NCBI GenBank assembly: GCA_023898465.1
Contig: CP060223.1
Location: 608,001-672,000 of the forward strand
Length of the DNA: 64,000 nt
Direction of reading: 5' to 3'
From: Candidatus Nomurabacteria bacterium
GTDB taxonomy: Bacteria; Patescibacteriota; Patescibacteriia; HK-STAS-PATE-3
Shown here: one piece after another, positions 62,548 to 64,000 of the stretch
Position numbering within the stretch: the stretch's first letter is position 1
Layout: each line of letters starts with the position of its first letter
Position numbers and translations under genes: made by a program
Notes under the pieces: generated by a model
The model's database searches: none
The model's input: the letters and a program-made list of their open reading frames with translations, nothing else
Told to the model about the DNA's origin: nothing

Positions 62548-64000
<1,453 letters not shown>

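Overview
This 64 kb window is a gene-dense bacterial chromosomal segment of roughly 47% GC with a few patches near 57% GC. Most genes lie on the minus strand. Most of the content is housekeeping: ribosomal proteins (S2, L31, L33, L25, L1, L11), EF-Ts, RF1/PrmC, NusG/SecE, DnaE, ThrRS, GatB, MiaA, GyrB (partial), MutM and RarA. The envelope features are Gram-positive-type: a sortase sits with two LPXTG-class surface proteins, alongside UppS, UppP and a PAP2 phosphatase, FtsW/RodA and a type IV pilin. I could not place the organism beyond 'bacterium with a sortase-dependent surface and a small streamlined genome style'; a CPR/Saccharibacteria-like or other monoderm lineage is plausible, but that is a guess. 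Items worth a second look:
- A 6 kb minus-strand operon encoding a flavodoxin-like protein, a sensor kinase, three tandem stand-alone receiver proteins and a NatAB-like ABC pump.
- A rearranged tRNA/rpmG cluster with five tRNAs (Pro, Trp, Thr-UGU, Tyr, Thr-GGU) carrying two divergent copies of a ~180-230 nt GC-rich element with compensatory base changes, which I read as a candidate structured RNA.
- A NIF3-family fragment ORF sitting where the canonical cluster would carry tRNA-Gly/tuf.
- A PyrB-PyrI single-chain fusion inside a high-GC patch next to NhaA.
- A thymidylate-synthesis gene cluster containing a double-length ThyX-like gene.
- A ~340 nt non-coding gap ending in a strong terminator, which may hold an unidentified ncRNA.
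- A membrane-protein gene inserted between rplK and rplA.
- A fused CDP-alcohol phosphatidyltransferase/CdsA-like gene.
No CRISPR arrays, rRNA genes, transposases or integrases were recognised.
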